Positions 30,597 to 40,434 of a stretch of 64,000 nt of DNA are shown here, one piece after another. The notes beneath the pieces are model-generated. The model saw only the letters and a program-made list of their open reading frames with translations, searched no databases and was not told the DNA's origin. The stretch is from Candidatus Saccharimonadota bacterium. Its GTDB lineage: Bacteria; Patescibacteriota; Saccharimonadia; Saccharimonadales; JAICHO01. How positions within the stretch are numbered: the first letter of the stretch is position 1; every line of letters starts with the position of its first letter. The DNA lies in contig JAICHO010000001.1 in the NCBI GenBank assembly GCA_025924835.1, forward strand, positions 2,553-66,552, in the 5' to 3' direction. Position numbers and translations under genes: made by a program.

Positions 30597-32343
30597 CCTC
30601 CTGACTGGTCTTAAGTAGCCTATCGTATGCTTTGGCCCTGGCTAGGAGCTTTTGGGCGGTCACCTCGTCAGCCTCATAGAGTGCCTCGGATATAGCCGAT
30701 TTTTTTGTTTTAACAAACATATCGATTAGGCGGATCCGGAGCCGATTGGCGGTATACCGCGCCTCGTGCTCATCAAGATCAATAAATAACGCCTCGTATT
30801 GTAGTGCTACTATTTTGACATAGTCAGCAATACTTTGCAACATAGGGGCTTGCTTTAGATTACCAGTAAAGTCAGGATGCGCCTGTAAGTATTCCAATAG
30901 TTGGCGCCCAGAGGGCTGGGGCAACATTTCCGGATCAAGCAGTTCGATCTGATCACGCAAATCCGGCCGCATTAGCGCTAGTGCCAATAAATGGTCCTGG
31001 GTTTTGGCCCATTCCAGCTGCATTCGGCTGTTTTGGACTTGGTCGGCCATATTCTTTTTGCGTAAAGGCTTAGGATGATCGACCGTCTTAAATTTTGTAT
31101 TCAGCGCCTCAACGCTCACACCTGTTAAATTGGCAATTTCATGCAGGTAATGATCTTGTTCAACAGGATCTTTGAGAGCCCGTATGGTTGGCAATAATTT
31201 GTCGCTAAACTGCCGTTTGCCCTGCCCACTCGTAATGTCGTACTGGTGTTTATACCGGTCAATCAGCCAGTCAACCGCATAGTGCGGCGCCTCTATAGCC
31301 TTTTCCCACTCCCCCGGCTTATTCTTGATCAGCTCATCAGGGTCCTTGCCTTCCGGCAGCGTTACGATGTGCAGCGAAACGCCGACTTTGCTGGCAATTG
31401 GTATGGCACGTTCAGTAGCCGCCACGCCCGCTTTATCAGCGTCGAAACTGAGCCGTATGTCCCCGGCAAAACGGCTAATTGCTTTTAGGTGAGCCTCCGT
31501 GAGAGCCGTACCGGCTGTGGCCACCACATTGCTCACCCCGGCTTGATGGCTGGCGATTACATCCAGATTCCCCTCTACCAACACCGCAAATCCTACCCGC
31601 CTGATTTGGTCCTTGGCGAGATGCAGGCCGTAAACATGGCGCGACTTATCATACAGCAGGGTCGCTGGCGTATTAATATACTTAGGCGCGTCTGGCGCGT
31701 CTTCTAACTGCCTCGCCGTAAAGCCGATAACATTGCCCATGGAGTCTTGCAGCGGTATCATTAATCGTCCGCGGAACATATCACCTACGCCGTTATAGCG
31801 TTTGGTTATCAGCCCCGCTTTTTTTAGTTCTTCGTCAGTAAATCCCTGCTTTTTCATAAAATCATATAGGGCCGTTCCGTTATTGGGCGAATAGCCGAGC
31901 AAGAATGTCAGGGCAGTTTCTTTGGTAAATTTGCGCTGGTGCAGTACATAGTTCAACGCCGTTTTATTACGGCTAAATTGAACCTGGTAGAACTTTGCGG
32001 CTAACGCGAGAGCCTGGCGTAATCGTTCTTTTGCCTCGGCATTACCACCACTACGGCCTTTAAACTGCTCCAGGTCAATGCCCGCCCTGCGAGCCAGCAG
32101 CTCCAGTGCCGCCTTGAAGTCCAAGCCCTCCATTTCCATCACAAAACTAAACATATCGCCGCCTTTGCCGCTGCTAAAGTCATGCCAGATCTGCTTTTCC
32201 GGACTGACGATAAAACTGGGTGTTTTTTCGTTGCCAAACGGGCTCAGACCCTTAAAGTTCCGGCCAGCACGCTTAAGAGCCACATATTCGCCGATTACAT
32301 CTTCAATGTTCAACCTAGCCCTAATTTCGTCTACCGCATCCAT
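30589..32343 (-). CDS. dnaG: DNA primase
   Basis: CHC2 zinc-finger N-terminus and TOPRIM motif (LVEGNLDVI); 8-nt overlap with rpoD. Confidence 0.95.
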   Translation of the reverse strand: MDAVDEIRARLNIEDVIGEYVALKRAGRNFKGLSPFGNEKTPSFIVSPEKQIWHDFSSGKGGDMFSFVMEMEGLDFKAALELLARRAGIDLEQFKGRSGGNAEAKERLRQALALAAKFYQVQFSRNKTALNYVLHQRKFTKETALTFLLGYSPNNGTALYDFMKKQGFTDEELKKAGLITKRYNGVGDMFRGRLMIPLQDSMGNVIGFTARQLEDAPDAPKYINTPATLLYDKSRHVYGLHLAKDQIRRVGFAVLVEGNLDVIASHQAGVSNVVATAGTALTEAHLKAISRFAGDIRLSFDADKAGVAATERAIPIASKVGVSLHIVTLPEGKDPDELIKNKPGEWEKAIEAPHYAVDWLIDRYKHQYDITSGQGKRQFSDKLLPTIRALKDPVEQDHYLHEIANLTGVSVEALNTKFKTVDHPKPLRKKNMADQVQNSRMQLEWAKTQDHLLALALMRPDLRDQIELLDPEMLPQPSGRQLLEYLQAHPDFTGNLKQAPMLQSIADYVKIVALQYEALFIDLDEHEARYTANRLRIRLIDMFVKTKKSAISEALYEADEVTAQKLLARAKAYDRLLKTSQEVV

Positions 32344-32384
32344 CTGTTAATATTGTACTCGTGGCCTGGTCAGATTGATACTGC

Positions 32385-33035
32385 ATGTGCTTAAATATGG
32401 CAATGAATCCGCTTGCGCCCCCAGCGCCCCCACCACTGCCGGTTACTCCATCCCATAATCCCTACGACTTTATCACTCAGCCATCCGCGCCCAAACGCCG
32501 AGGCTTATTATCCGGAGGCAGTTCTAAAAGACAACGCATTTTAATTATCGCAATCGGGGCATTTATTCTGCTGCTGGCTGCCATTGGCGTCATCGGGTTG
32601 CTAGGCAGTAGCGACGATGGGCTGAAGGCCGACTACTTAAGCCTGGCTCAGCAACAGGCCGAATTAGTGCGCGTTTGCGATATTGGCATTTCCCAGGCGC
32701 GCAGCTCCGAAGCCAAAAATTTAGCAATTACCACCAAATACAGCATACTGTCAGAACAGCCCGGGGTTCTCGGTTTAGCCAAAAAAGCCCACGCGCAAAC
32801 TGACGCCAAAAGTATAGCCGCCGGCAAAAATAGCCAAACCGATACGCAGCTGACCACGGCCTCCCAAACCAACCAGTTTGACACCGTCTTTATTAAAATC
32901 TTGCAGACAAACCTGACAAAATATCAGCAAACGCTCAAAAAAATACACGACGAAGTGCCCGACAACAAAACCAAAGACATATTATCCAAAGACTACGCCA
33001 ACGCCGCCCTCCTGATAGGCGACCCCAAGCCATAA
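32385..33035 (+). CDS. membrane-anchored hypothetical protein with a Pro-rich N-terminus
   Basis: PAPPPLPVTP, then TM helix ILIIAIGAFILLLAAIGVIGLLG, then a soluble domain. The start may be 32397. Confidence 0.5.
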   Translation: MCLNMAMNPLAPPAPPPLPVTPSHNPYDFITQPSAPKRRGLLSGGSSKRQRILIIAIGAFILLLAAIGVIGLLGSSDDGLKADYLSLAQQQAELVRVCDIGISQARSSEAKNLAITTKYSILSEQPGVLGLAKKAHAQTDAKSIAAGKNSQTDTQLTTASQTNQFDTVFIKILQTNLTKYQQTLKKIHDEVPDNKTKDILSKDYANAALLIGDPKP

Positions 33036-33042
33036 ATGTCCC

Positions 33043-33393
33043 TTAGTGTTGTGCCGGTGCGGACTGGTCGCCCTCGCCGCTAACCAGGTTGTACGAATGC
33101 ACTATCAGACCTACAACTTCCTCCCAGGGTAACTGCCCGGTCAAGATAATTGTATTCCAGTGTTTTTTATTCAGGTGATACCCCTCCAGCACGGTTTCAT
33201 ATTTTTTCCGCAGCACGATCGCTAACTGCGGATCGCACTTTAGGCTAATCCACAGCGGGTCTTTGACCTCTTGTATAATGGCGAACATTTTGTCTTTGAC
33301 TTTATAAACCGCCACACCCTCGCCAAACGGATAGTCCAGCCGGGCATTCGGCAGGCTCAAAATATATTCTTCAACCGTTTTATGGTCCATCAA
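33043..33393 (-). CDS. MmcQ/YjbR family protein
   Basis: 116 aa with the KHWNTI motif characteristic of the YjbR family. Confidence 0.7.
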   Translation of the reverse strand: MMDHKTVEEYILSLPNARLDYPFGEGVAVYKVKDKMFAIIQEVKDPLWISLKCDPQLAIVLRKKYETVLEGYHLNKKHWNTIILTGQLPWEEVVGLIVHSYNLVSGEGDQSAPAQH

Positions 33394-33405
33394 TTGCCTG
33401 GGTGG

Positions 33406-33702
33406 TTAAGATGATTCGAAAGTCCCGCAGCTGGTAATAGCCTGCGCACGCAGAGCATTAGTGTGAAATGACCCATTAAAGCCATTCTGGAATGGGTCTG
33501 GAATCATATCGGGCTTGCGGCCAGAAGCATGGATGCCCGCACGTTCTCTGTCGGTTCTATCAAGCATCCCTGCGTACAAGAGCCCCACATCCGTCGGGGG
33601 CACTTCTTCAAAAAAACCCGCTTCTAGCTCCCTGCGGTATTGGTCTTCTTCCCATAACTCCGACCCACCTGCCATTCCTTCCATCATATTTCCTGCAGCC
33701 AT
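33406..33702 (-). CDS. hypothetical small protein (98 aa)
   Basis: ORF only. Confidence 0.3.
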   Translation of the reverse strand: MAAGNMMEGMAGGSELWEEDQYRRELEAGFFEEVPPTDVGLLYAGMLDRTDRERAGIHASGRKPDMIPDPFQNGFNGSFHTNALRAQAITSCGTFESS

Positions 33703-33778
33703 TGTTTTTCCTTTTCGCTCTTAACCTTATACCTAATATTTATACCTGGATACTAAGTTTGTCAACCGTTGCTTGTTG

Positions 33779-34330
33779 TTAGGTATTTTTAAAGTAGTCT
33801 AGGTAATATTGGAGTTCGGCGATACTTGCCTGTATGTCGTCATAAGCCCGATGGACTTCCTTTTTTTCGTACATGACACCATATTTAGCTTGCATTATGA
33901 TTTTCCAGGCGCTGACGTCCAGCATGCGGTAATGCAACTTTAGATCCAGCGCAGGCATCCAGCGTTTAATGAACCCCCGGTCGTTGTGTATGGAGTTACC
34001 AGCTAATATTGCCGACTCATTGCCAAAATGTTTTTCCACCAAAGCAACCATTTCTTGTTCAGCTATCTGAAGCTGCTTGCCGCTATCCAGTTTTTGAACA
34101 AAAGAATCGCGGTTCTCCGGATAATCGCGCCACCATATATTGGCTTGCATGCGGTCCAATACCTTGGCGCGGTCTTGCTTAATGCACGTTTCATAACTTT
34201 CTAGCGTCTTAAAGTCACAATCAGTAATCTCCGCCGCGATCTCCAGGATTACATCTTTGTTTGGATCCAGCCCGGTCATTTCCAGATCAACCCAAAGCAG
34301 CTTGGTCGGAATAATATCGTTTGCACTCAT
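33779..34330 (-). CDS. orn: oligoribonuclease (DEDDh 3'-5' exonuclease)
   Basis: LLWVDLEMTGLDP motif and H-x4-D near the C-terminus; 183 aa. Confidence 0.9.
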   Translation of the reverse strand: MSANDIIPTKLLWVDLEMTGLDPNKDVILEIAAEITDCDFKTLESYETCIKQDRAKVLDRMQANIWWRDYPENRDSFVQKLDSGKQLQIAEQEMVALVEKHFGNESAILAGNSIHNDRGFIKRWMPALDLKLHYRMLDVSAWKIIMQAKYGVMYEKKEVHRAYDDIQASIAELQYYLDYFKNT

Positions 34331-34360
34331 TACTGGCTATTATAACCGCTCGCGTTAAAT

Positions 34361-35020
34361 TTAACCTACTAGATCAACCGCCGGCCGGAAACCAATAAGA
34401 CAATCATTATTTTTTCTATTAACTGCCTCAAAAGTTCTGCTTGCCACACCACCCGGGAGAAACATAATCATAGGTACATAACGTGATTCGAGCTCAACTG
34501 GTTCGCCTGTGAGGAGTATGTATTCTTTTTCCATTGGCAGCAGCTCGCGCACTAATGGCTCTAACCGATCACGCGTTTGAGTAGTTCTTAAATCTACCTG
34601 GTGGCTCCCTGTCTCTAGGGTGAATTTTGCAGAATCAGCCAAGAGAACTCCATCCCAACTACGCCCGTCATGCCATATACCACCCTCCTTTCCTACCACA
34701 TCTATTTTCGGCCCTGAATATACAACAGAGTGCCGCAAGTTTTTACCTGAGCCGGTTTTTAACACTCTAAAGTCATCGGCATTTGCAGGCCTATTAACCA
34801 GTCCTGAACGCCCCTCTTGTACCAAGGGCATTGCACATAATGCTTTAACAATTTCTCTGGATTCTTCACGCTGGGCTTCAGTAAGATAATCCCATATAAA
34901 AGAGGACTCTACCCCCAATGGTTCTTGCTCTGCTAATTCGGAGGCCGATGCTATTTTACCAACAGACTCTGCTACGACATTCTGCTGGTTGAGATCTGGG
35001 GGAAGATTATGATTTGTCAT
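34361..35020 (-). CDS. hypothetical protein (219 aa)
   Basis: ORF only. Confidence 0.5.
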   Translation of the reverse strand: MTNHNLPPDLNQQNVVAESVGKIASASELAEQEPLGVESSFIWDYLTEAQREESREIVKALCAMPLVQEGRSGLVNRPANADDFRVLKTGSGKNLRHSVVYSGPKIDVVGKEGGIWHDGRSWDGVLLADSAKFTLETGSHQVDLRTTQTRDRLEPLVRELLPMEKEYILLTGEPVELESRYVPMIMFLPGGVASRTFEAVNRKNNDCLIGFRPAVDLVG

Positions 35021-35071
35021 ATTGCCTCCTTTGGTTTAATAAATTTGCAAGCCGCAAATAAAGGTATTCCA

Positions 35072-35923
35072 TTAAATAACGACTGATAACATTAAAATCA
35101 AGCAAGCAGTAGCAACCTTCCGAAAAGTTAATCGCTCACGCAAAAAGACGGCCGCCAACAAAAAAACGAAAATGGGAGTAATATTAGCGAGTGTAACAGT
35201 TACCCCGGCGTTACCCAGCGTAAGCGCATAATAAAGCAGCAACCACTGGCTTATAACAAATAAACCCCGAAGAAAAATAATGCGATACTGCTTTGTACTT
35301 ATCTCCGTTATAGGAAACCCAAAAATAATAAGCGCAAACAACGCAATCAGGCCCGCCCGCAACATGTATAAGGTCGGGACATTTACTAACCGAAGAGAGT
35401 TCAAAAGGTATTTAGAGGGAATGGCAGATATCCCAAATAGCAAAGAAGCAGAAAGAGCTGGTTTTAGTGTAGCCGATCGGAATTTTGTGAGACTTTTAAA
35501 ATCACTTGAGAAGATAATAACCAGCACAATAATAACGCCCGCTAATATATAGGTGCCAAGACTTACGGTGTCATTTAAGAAGAGCCAGCCAAAAAGAAAT
35601 GTAAAAGCTGGTGCGAGGGAAAGCAAAGGGGTTGCTACACTAGCCTCAGTTTTTTCAAAGGTTTTAAAGTAAAAAAAGTTTGCCAGCATATCTATGAAGG
35701 CGATGAGGATTACCAACGCTATGGACTTAGGTGTAACCGAAAACTTATAGAACAAAGGTGACAACAAAGCTAATGTGGCAGCCATTGTCAGAAAATTAAT
35801 ACCCAATACGCTCTGGGATTTCAGATCCTTAAGAAGTGTACGAGCAAGAATATTTGCTATGGAAGCAAATAAAGCAGAAGCTACCGCAATGAGAGTAAAA
35901 CTTATCCCGTGCATAAGTGCCAT
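35072..35923 (-). CDS. EamA/DMT-family transporter
   Basis: About 10 TM helices and a two-repeat EamA-like topology. The start is trimmed to MALMHG. Confidence 0.75.
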   Translation of the reverse strand: MALMHGISFTLIAVASALFASIANILARTLLKDLKSQSVLGINFLTMAATLALLSPLFYKFSVTPKSIALVILIAFIDMLANFFYFKTFEKTEASVATPLLSLAPAFTFLFGWLFLNDTVSLGTYILAGVIIVLVIIFSSDFKSLTKFRSATLKPALSASLLFGISAIPSKYLLNSLRLVNVPTLYMLRAGLIALFALIIFGFPITEISTKQYRIIFLRGLFVISQWLLLYYALTLGNAGVTVTLANITPIFVFLLAAVFLRERLTFRKVATACLILMLSVVI

Positions 35924-36008
35924 TATTTTGAGATACCGGTTGACAAATGCATAATAAATAATATAAAATGTCATATTATCGTCAATATGACGAAAATTAG
36001 TCAAATAT

Positions 36009-36680
36009 ATGCGTAGTATTTCTCAGGCAGTTCGCGACCACGTACAAAGCTCTCCCCTGTTAATCAGTGGTTTAAGCCGTGATGTTTTAAACTTATCGGC
36101 AGTTGCAAGAGAATTGCGCCCCGTATTGCAGCGTCAGCTTTATAAAGAAATAACGAGCAATGCCATTCAACTTGCCTTACAGCGCTTTGGCGAAGAGTTA
36201 ACCACTAAGATCAAATCAACCAAAATCACAATTGAACGGAGCGAAGTAATATCGGATATTGTGGTCTTCTTTTCGCCCAGGCGAGCATCGGTACTAAAAG
36301 CGGTCGCGCAAGCATCGCAGCGTATTCATGACTTATCAGAGACTTATTTGGACATCATAACTGAAGAGAAAATTATAGTGATTGCCGTGTCGCGACATCT
36401 TGAGCCTGCCTTACGTGATGCTTTACCGGCGGGTGATACAAAACACATTCAGGTGGACTACCACAAGGTTGCAGTTAAACTAGCCTTAAGCGAGAAGAGT
36501 TCGCTAACAGATGCATTAGCAGTGATTACCCACCTACTCCATTGGCATGGGGTGACAATTAACGGATTAAGCACGCAAAACCAGGCCGTGACCCTTATTA
36601 CTGATCAGAGAAACGTAGGTAGATTGTTAAGCGCACTTAGTCTATTGATTGAACAAGGAAGCGATGCGACGGTTCTCTGA
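36009..36680 (+). CDS. hypothetical protein (223 aa)
   Basis: ORF only. Its 3' end overlaps the convergent asparaginase-N gene by about 39 nt. Confidence 0.5.
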   Translation: MRSISQAVRDHVQSSPLLISGLSRDVLNLSAVARELRPVLQRQLYKEITSNAIQLALQRFGEELTTKIKSTKITIERSEVISDIVVFFSPRRASVLKAVAQASQRIHDLSETYLDIITEEKIIVIAVSRHLEPALRDALPAGDTKHIQVDYHKVAVKLALSEKSSLTDALAVITHLLHWHGVTINGLSTQNQAVTLITDQRNVGRLLSALSLLIEQGSDATVL

Positions 36681-37172
36681 TACTCCTAATATCATTTCAT
36701 CAGGCTTAAAGACGCGACCATTCATACACGCATAAATACCCGGCACAAGAACCCCAACCTGAGCATAGGCGTAGCCTAAATTGAACAAACCGTCACTCAT
36801 CGTGAATCCTTCTACGGGCGTAACAGCGCCCGTGAGGACAATAATTTTTTCATCTTGACTCTTTAAATGTTGCTTGATGTAGCGAGCAGTATCAGGAATA
36901 GTGTAGGTACCGTGTGTAATAATAAAGCGCTTGGCTTCAGATTCATTTATAGCATCAACCATTTTTTTACGATCTTCGGCTGAAATATGACGACTATCTT
37001 TAAGGCAAACCACGCTATACGCGGACTCTGTATAAAGTTGCAGGCTCTCAATAACCTGGGGGATTATGGAAGTCTGGAGAGGCTTAACTGCATCTTGGAT
37101 GCCATCGTAGCGTGAATCTATAGTGCCACCCGTAATAATAAAATGCACCAAACTATCATCAGCATTGTTCAT
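36642..37172 (-). CDS. L-asparaginase N-terminal-domain-only paralog (176 aa)
   Basis: ITGGTIDS (TGGTIAG-like) and ITHGTYT (HGTDT-like) motifs are present; there is no C-terminal domain. Confidence 0.7.
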   Translation of the reverse strand: MNNADDSLVHFIITGGTIDSRYDGIQDAVKPLQTSIIPQVIESLQLYTESAYSVVCLKDSRHISAEDRKKMVDAINESEAKRFIITHGTYTIPDTARYIKQHLKSQDEKIIVLTGAVTPVEGFTMSDGLFNLGYAYAQVGVLVPGIYACMNGRVFKPDEMILGVSENRRIASLFNQ

Positions 37173-37214
37173 GGCTACATTCTAATACCGTGAAGTGATT
37201 ATATCCAGCTGGCG

Positions 37215-38309
37215 TTAAATCAGTTCGCTGCCAATGTGGATTTCGCCGTGATGATCTTCAATCATTTTGTACTTAATGGTTTCATAACTCAGTCCCTGGG
37301 CTAGTAGCCACGCCATTTTGACCGTCATAGATTCAATACTCATATCATAGGCGGGAATAGCTAGGTCATTTTCTTTAAGGTATTGGCCGGTTTCATTTAC
37401 TTGGAAGTTAGCAAGTCCGCTTGGCGCCTGGGTGGTTACGATAATCGGAATTTGTTTCTGCTTTAAATATTCAAAGGCACGAAATAATTGAGCATTTGGG
37501 TCGCCGGCTCCGAAGGACCGTAGCACAAAGGCTTTAGCACCAATATTGTCCACTAGTGATGTGATAATGTCTGGTGACATGCCCGGAAATTCCGTAAGCG
37601 ACACAATTTTATCTGCATCAAAATCTTTCTTTATACTCAATACCCTAGACTGGATCGCCAGAGGCTTATACTTGGACAGATAGCTGACATGTTTTTGCAT
37701 CGCTACATCATCAATCTTCATAAAACGACCGATTTGCCCCAAAGAACCGGTTTGAAATGAGCTGAAAGGGTCGTAGTCAAAGTCAGTCCCCTTCTTGACC
37801 CTGGTACCGGTAATGATTTTACTGCCAAACACAGCCATAACCCCTTTAATTTCGTGGTAGCCCCACACTGAAATTCTTAAAGCGTTCACCAGGTTCGTCG
37901 TCGCGTCTGAACCAAGATAGCCCAATGGTACTTGAGCACCTGTAAATACGACCGGTTTGTTGATATTTTCCAGTGCAAACGATAGTGCCGCTGCTGTATA
38001 ACCCATGGTGTTAGTGCCATGCAAGATTATGAACGCGTCAACATCATCGTAGGTCTCTTGGATTGCCTCAGCCAATTTGGTCCAATTTTCAGGCAAAATA
38101 TTAGAGCTATCGAGATTAAAAAGCTCTGTAATTGAGGGCTCAATCTCAATATTCCAGTTCTTTTTAAGGATATCGATTGAATCGTCCAGGGAACCTAAAA
38201 AAGTGTTTGGATCAGATTTTGTGTTTTGCGATACATTGCTATTTGCAACATTTCCGGCAACAGTTCCGCCGGTAAAAATTATTTTTACTCGTTTATGTAC
38301 ATAGCTCAT
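37215..38309 (-). CDS. L-asparaginase (type I family)
   Basis: IFTGGTVAG and ILHGTNTMGYTAAALSF motifs; 364 aa. Confidence 0.88.
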   Translation of the reverse strand: MSYVHKRVKIIFTGGTVAGNVANSNVSQNTKSDPNTFLGSLDDSIDILKKNWNIEIEPSITELFNLDSSNILPENWTKLAEAIQETYDDVDAFIILHGTNTMGYTAAALSFALENINKPVVFTGAQVPLGYLGSDATTNLVNALRISVWGYHEIKGVMAVFGSKIITGTRVKKGTDFDYDPFSSFQTGSLGQIGRFMKIDDVAMQKHVSYLSKYKPLAIQSRVLSIKKDFDADKIVSLTEFPGMSPDIITSLVDNIGAKAFVLRSFGAGDPNAQLFRAFEYLKQKQIPIIVTTQAPSGLANFQVNETGQYLKENDLAIPAYDMSIESMTVKMAWLLAQGLSYETIKYKMIEDHHGEIHIGSELI

Positions 38310-38356
38310 TTCGCAATTATAGCATTAGACCTTAACCAAACACATTACCGGCATAC

Positions 38357-39571
38357 TTACGGACCAGCTGACTGCAATGCCTGCAGTGTTTGAGGCCAGT
38401 TAGTACGGTCTTCTATGGCTTTTTGGGTGGCGTCGTCGGCTTTGTGAGTAATCTGCTTGTAGCCATTTTGGCCGGCGATTACGCCGTATTTGAGCTGCAA
38501 TTTTACTTTAGTGAGACCCTGTGCTTCGGCTTTGGCCAGACAGTCGTCATGGAAGGCCTTGCACTGGGGCGCCAAGGCCACCCATTTGGCGACATTATCG
38601 TCATACGGCACAGTCATTGTCACGTCTATGCTGGCGCTGCGTTGGGTTTCTGTGTCCAGCTGGTCAAATATAAAGTTGCCGGTGGAGTACACGATCAGTT
38701 TACCCCTGTAAACTTCGGTGTTTTGAACCCAATGGGGATTATTGGCAATCAAAAATTCCGGGCCATGGTCAATAATCTGATGGGCGATTTCTATCTGCGT
38801 GTCGTCGGCCTTAGGGTGGTACTCGACCCCCATTTCGGCAAAGGCGAATACCGGCATAACTCGTGCATATTTGTCCATGACGTCAATTTCACCGGGTTGT
38901 GGCTTGCGGTAAAAATAGTGCCAGCCGCAGAAAGCCACCGGAAGGGCAGATTTTTGCTCGGATTTGTCGGCTTGCAAAATGCGCACGGGCAAGGCTATGA
39001 CTTCGCATACATTTTGTGAATCAGCCGGGTCAAAAGTTCCAAAATATTGTACGCCGGCGGCCTCTAAATGCTGCCGAGTTTCATCCAAACCTTTTTCCCC
39101 GCCCTGGTTATCAGTATGGTTGTTGGCGAGGTCAAAAATGTTGAAGTACTTGGCGGCGAACGGTAAAAACTCCGGGCGACAATTAAACACAAGCGTATCA
39201 ATTTGCGCCTGGTAAGGCACGGTATTGTTAGTAATGGGACATTCAAAGTCCGTTGACCAGGCATCGTATTGGCTGCGGCCAAAGCTGTCCAGCTGGCTAA
39301 AAGGCTGGGCGTAGTCGCCGTGGGCTTGCTGCTCGACCGCCCTGGCCCAGGTTACCGTACCATTTAATAAATACTTGCCATTAACAGCGGTGGGCGTGGC
39401 AACAGGAGCCGGGGGAGTAGACGAAGCCTGTGTTGTGGCTGGCTGTTGCGCCATTTTAGACCTAAACAACAACTGATAGCTGATTATTGCCAAGATTATC
39501 AGAGCCAATCCGATGAGTCCTGCTACGAGGCGGTGAGTTTTTCTGTATGTGTGTCCGGCCTCGTAACGCAT
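38357..39571 (-). CDS. CapA/PGA_cap family metallophosphatase-like envelope protein
   Basis: N-terminal TM anchor and FDLANNHTDNQG motif. Confidence 0.75.
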   Translation of the reverse strand: MRYEAGHTYRKTHRLVAGLIGLALIILAIISYQLLFRSKMAQQPATTQASSTPPAPVATPTAVNGKYLLNGTVTWARAVEQQAHGDYAQPFSQLDSFGRSQYDAWSTDFECPITNNTVPYQAQIDTLVFNCRPEFLPFAAKYFNIFDLANNHTDNQGGEKGLDETRQHLEAAGVQYFGTFDPADSQNVCEVIALPVRILQADKSEQKSALPVAFCGWHYFYRKPQPGEIDVMDKYARVMPVFAFAEMGVEYHPKADDTQIEIAHQIIDHGPEFLIANNPHWVQNTEVYRGKLIVYSTGNFIFDQLDTETQRSASIDVTMTVPYDDNVAKWVALAPQCKAFHDDCLAKAEAQGLTKVKLQLKYGVIAGQNGYKQITHKADDATQKAIEDRTNWPQTLQALQSAGP

Positions 39572-39607
39572 ATGCCTATTCTAACGCTTAGGGACTATAA
39601 TAAGAAC

Positions 39608-40372
39608 ATGCGTAAAAAAGCATTTTATGGCCTTGTAACCTTCATAAGCCTGATGCTTACTGTTTGGCTAACCCTTTATAAGCCTGATAATAAAGCGACA
39701 GCGCCCAGCGCCAAATCAACGACCCAGACTACTGCAGATACCACAAGCACGTTTAATAAACAGCTTTATTCTATAGACCAGCCGGGCAGTATCTGGTGGA
39801 TCGTTAATAAAGTCCGCCCCGTCAACCCTGCTACCTATGCTCCTGATGATTTAGTCGTTCCGGCCGTGCCTTTGCGTGTCAGCGCCGGTGACGGTGAAAT
39901 GCGTCTGCGCAAAGAAGCTGCGACGGCTTTAGAAAAACTAGTACAAGCCGCCACGCAAGACAAAATAAATCTCATGCTGGCCAGTGGCTATCGGTCTTAC
40001 CAGTTACAAGTCGCCGTCTATAATGCTAACGTCCAAAAATACGGCCAAGCTGGTGCCGACAAGCAAAGCGCCCGTCCCGGCACCAGTGAACATCAAACCG
40101 GCTTGGCGGCCGATATGGAGCCAGTTAGCCGACAGTGTGAAACCGAGCAATGTTTTGGCGATTTGCCGGAAGGTCAATGGCTTGCCGCCAACGCGTATAA
40201 GTATGGTTTTGTTATTCATTACCAGGAAAACAAAGATGCGGTGACCGGCTATGAATACGAGCCGTGGCATATCCGGTACGTCGGCACCGATCTATCGACG
40301 GAATTACATAATCAAAATAACCTGACGCTTGAAGAGTTTTTTGACATCGTCCCCGACCACCAGCCGTATTAG
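39608..40372 (+). CDS. D-alanyl-D-alanine carboxypeptidase (VanY/M15B peptidase)
   Basis: SGYRSYQ...PGTSEHQTGLAADM...EPWHIRYVG motifs. Start at MRKKAF (39608) preceded by a TM anchor. Confidence 0.85.
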   Translation: MRKKAFYGLVTFISLMLTVWLTLYKPDNKATAPSAKSTTQTTADTTSTFNKQLYSIDQPGSIWWIVNKVRPVNPATYAPDDLVVPAVPLRVSAGDGEMRLRKEAATALEKLVQAATQDKINLMLASGYRSYQLQVAVYNANVQKYGQAGADKQSARPGTSEHQTGLAADMEPVSRQCETEQCFGDLPEGQWLAANAYKYGFVIHYQENKDAVTGYEYEPWHIRYVGTDLSTELHNQNNLTLEEFFDIVPDHQPY

Positions 40373-40434
40373 CAAATAGGAATTAGCGCTTAAAACAATC
40401 TTGAGAGCAAGACTAAGCTAAATGCCAAAAAAGT

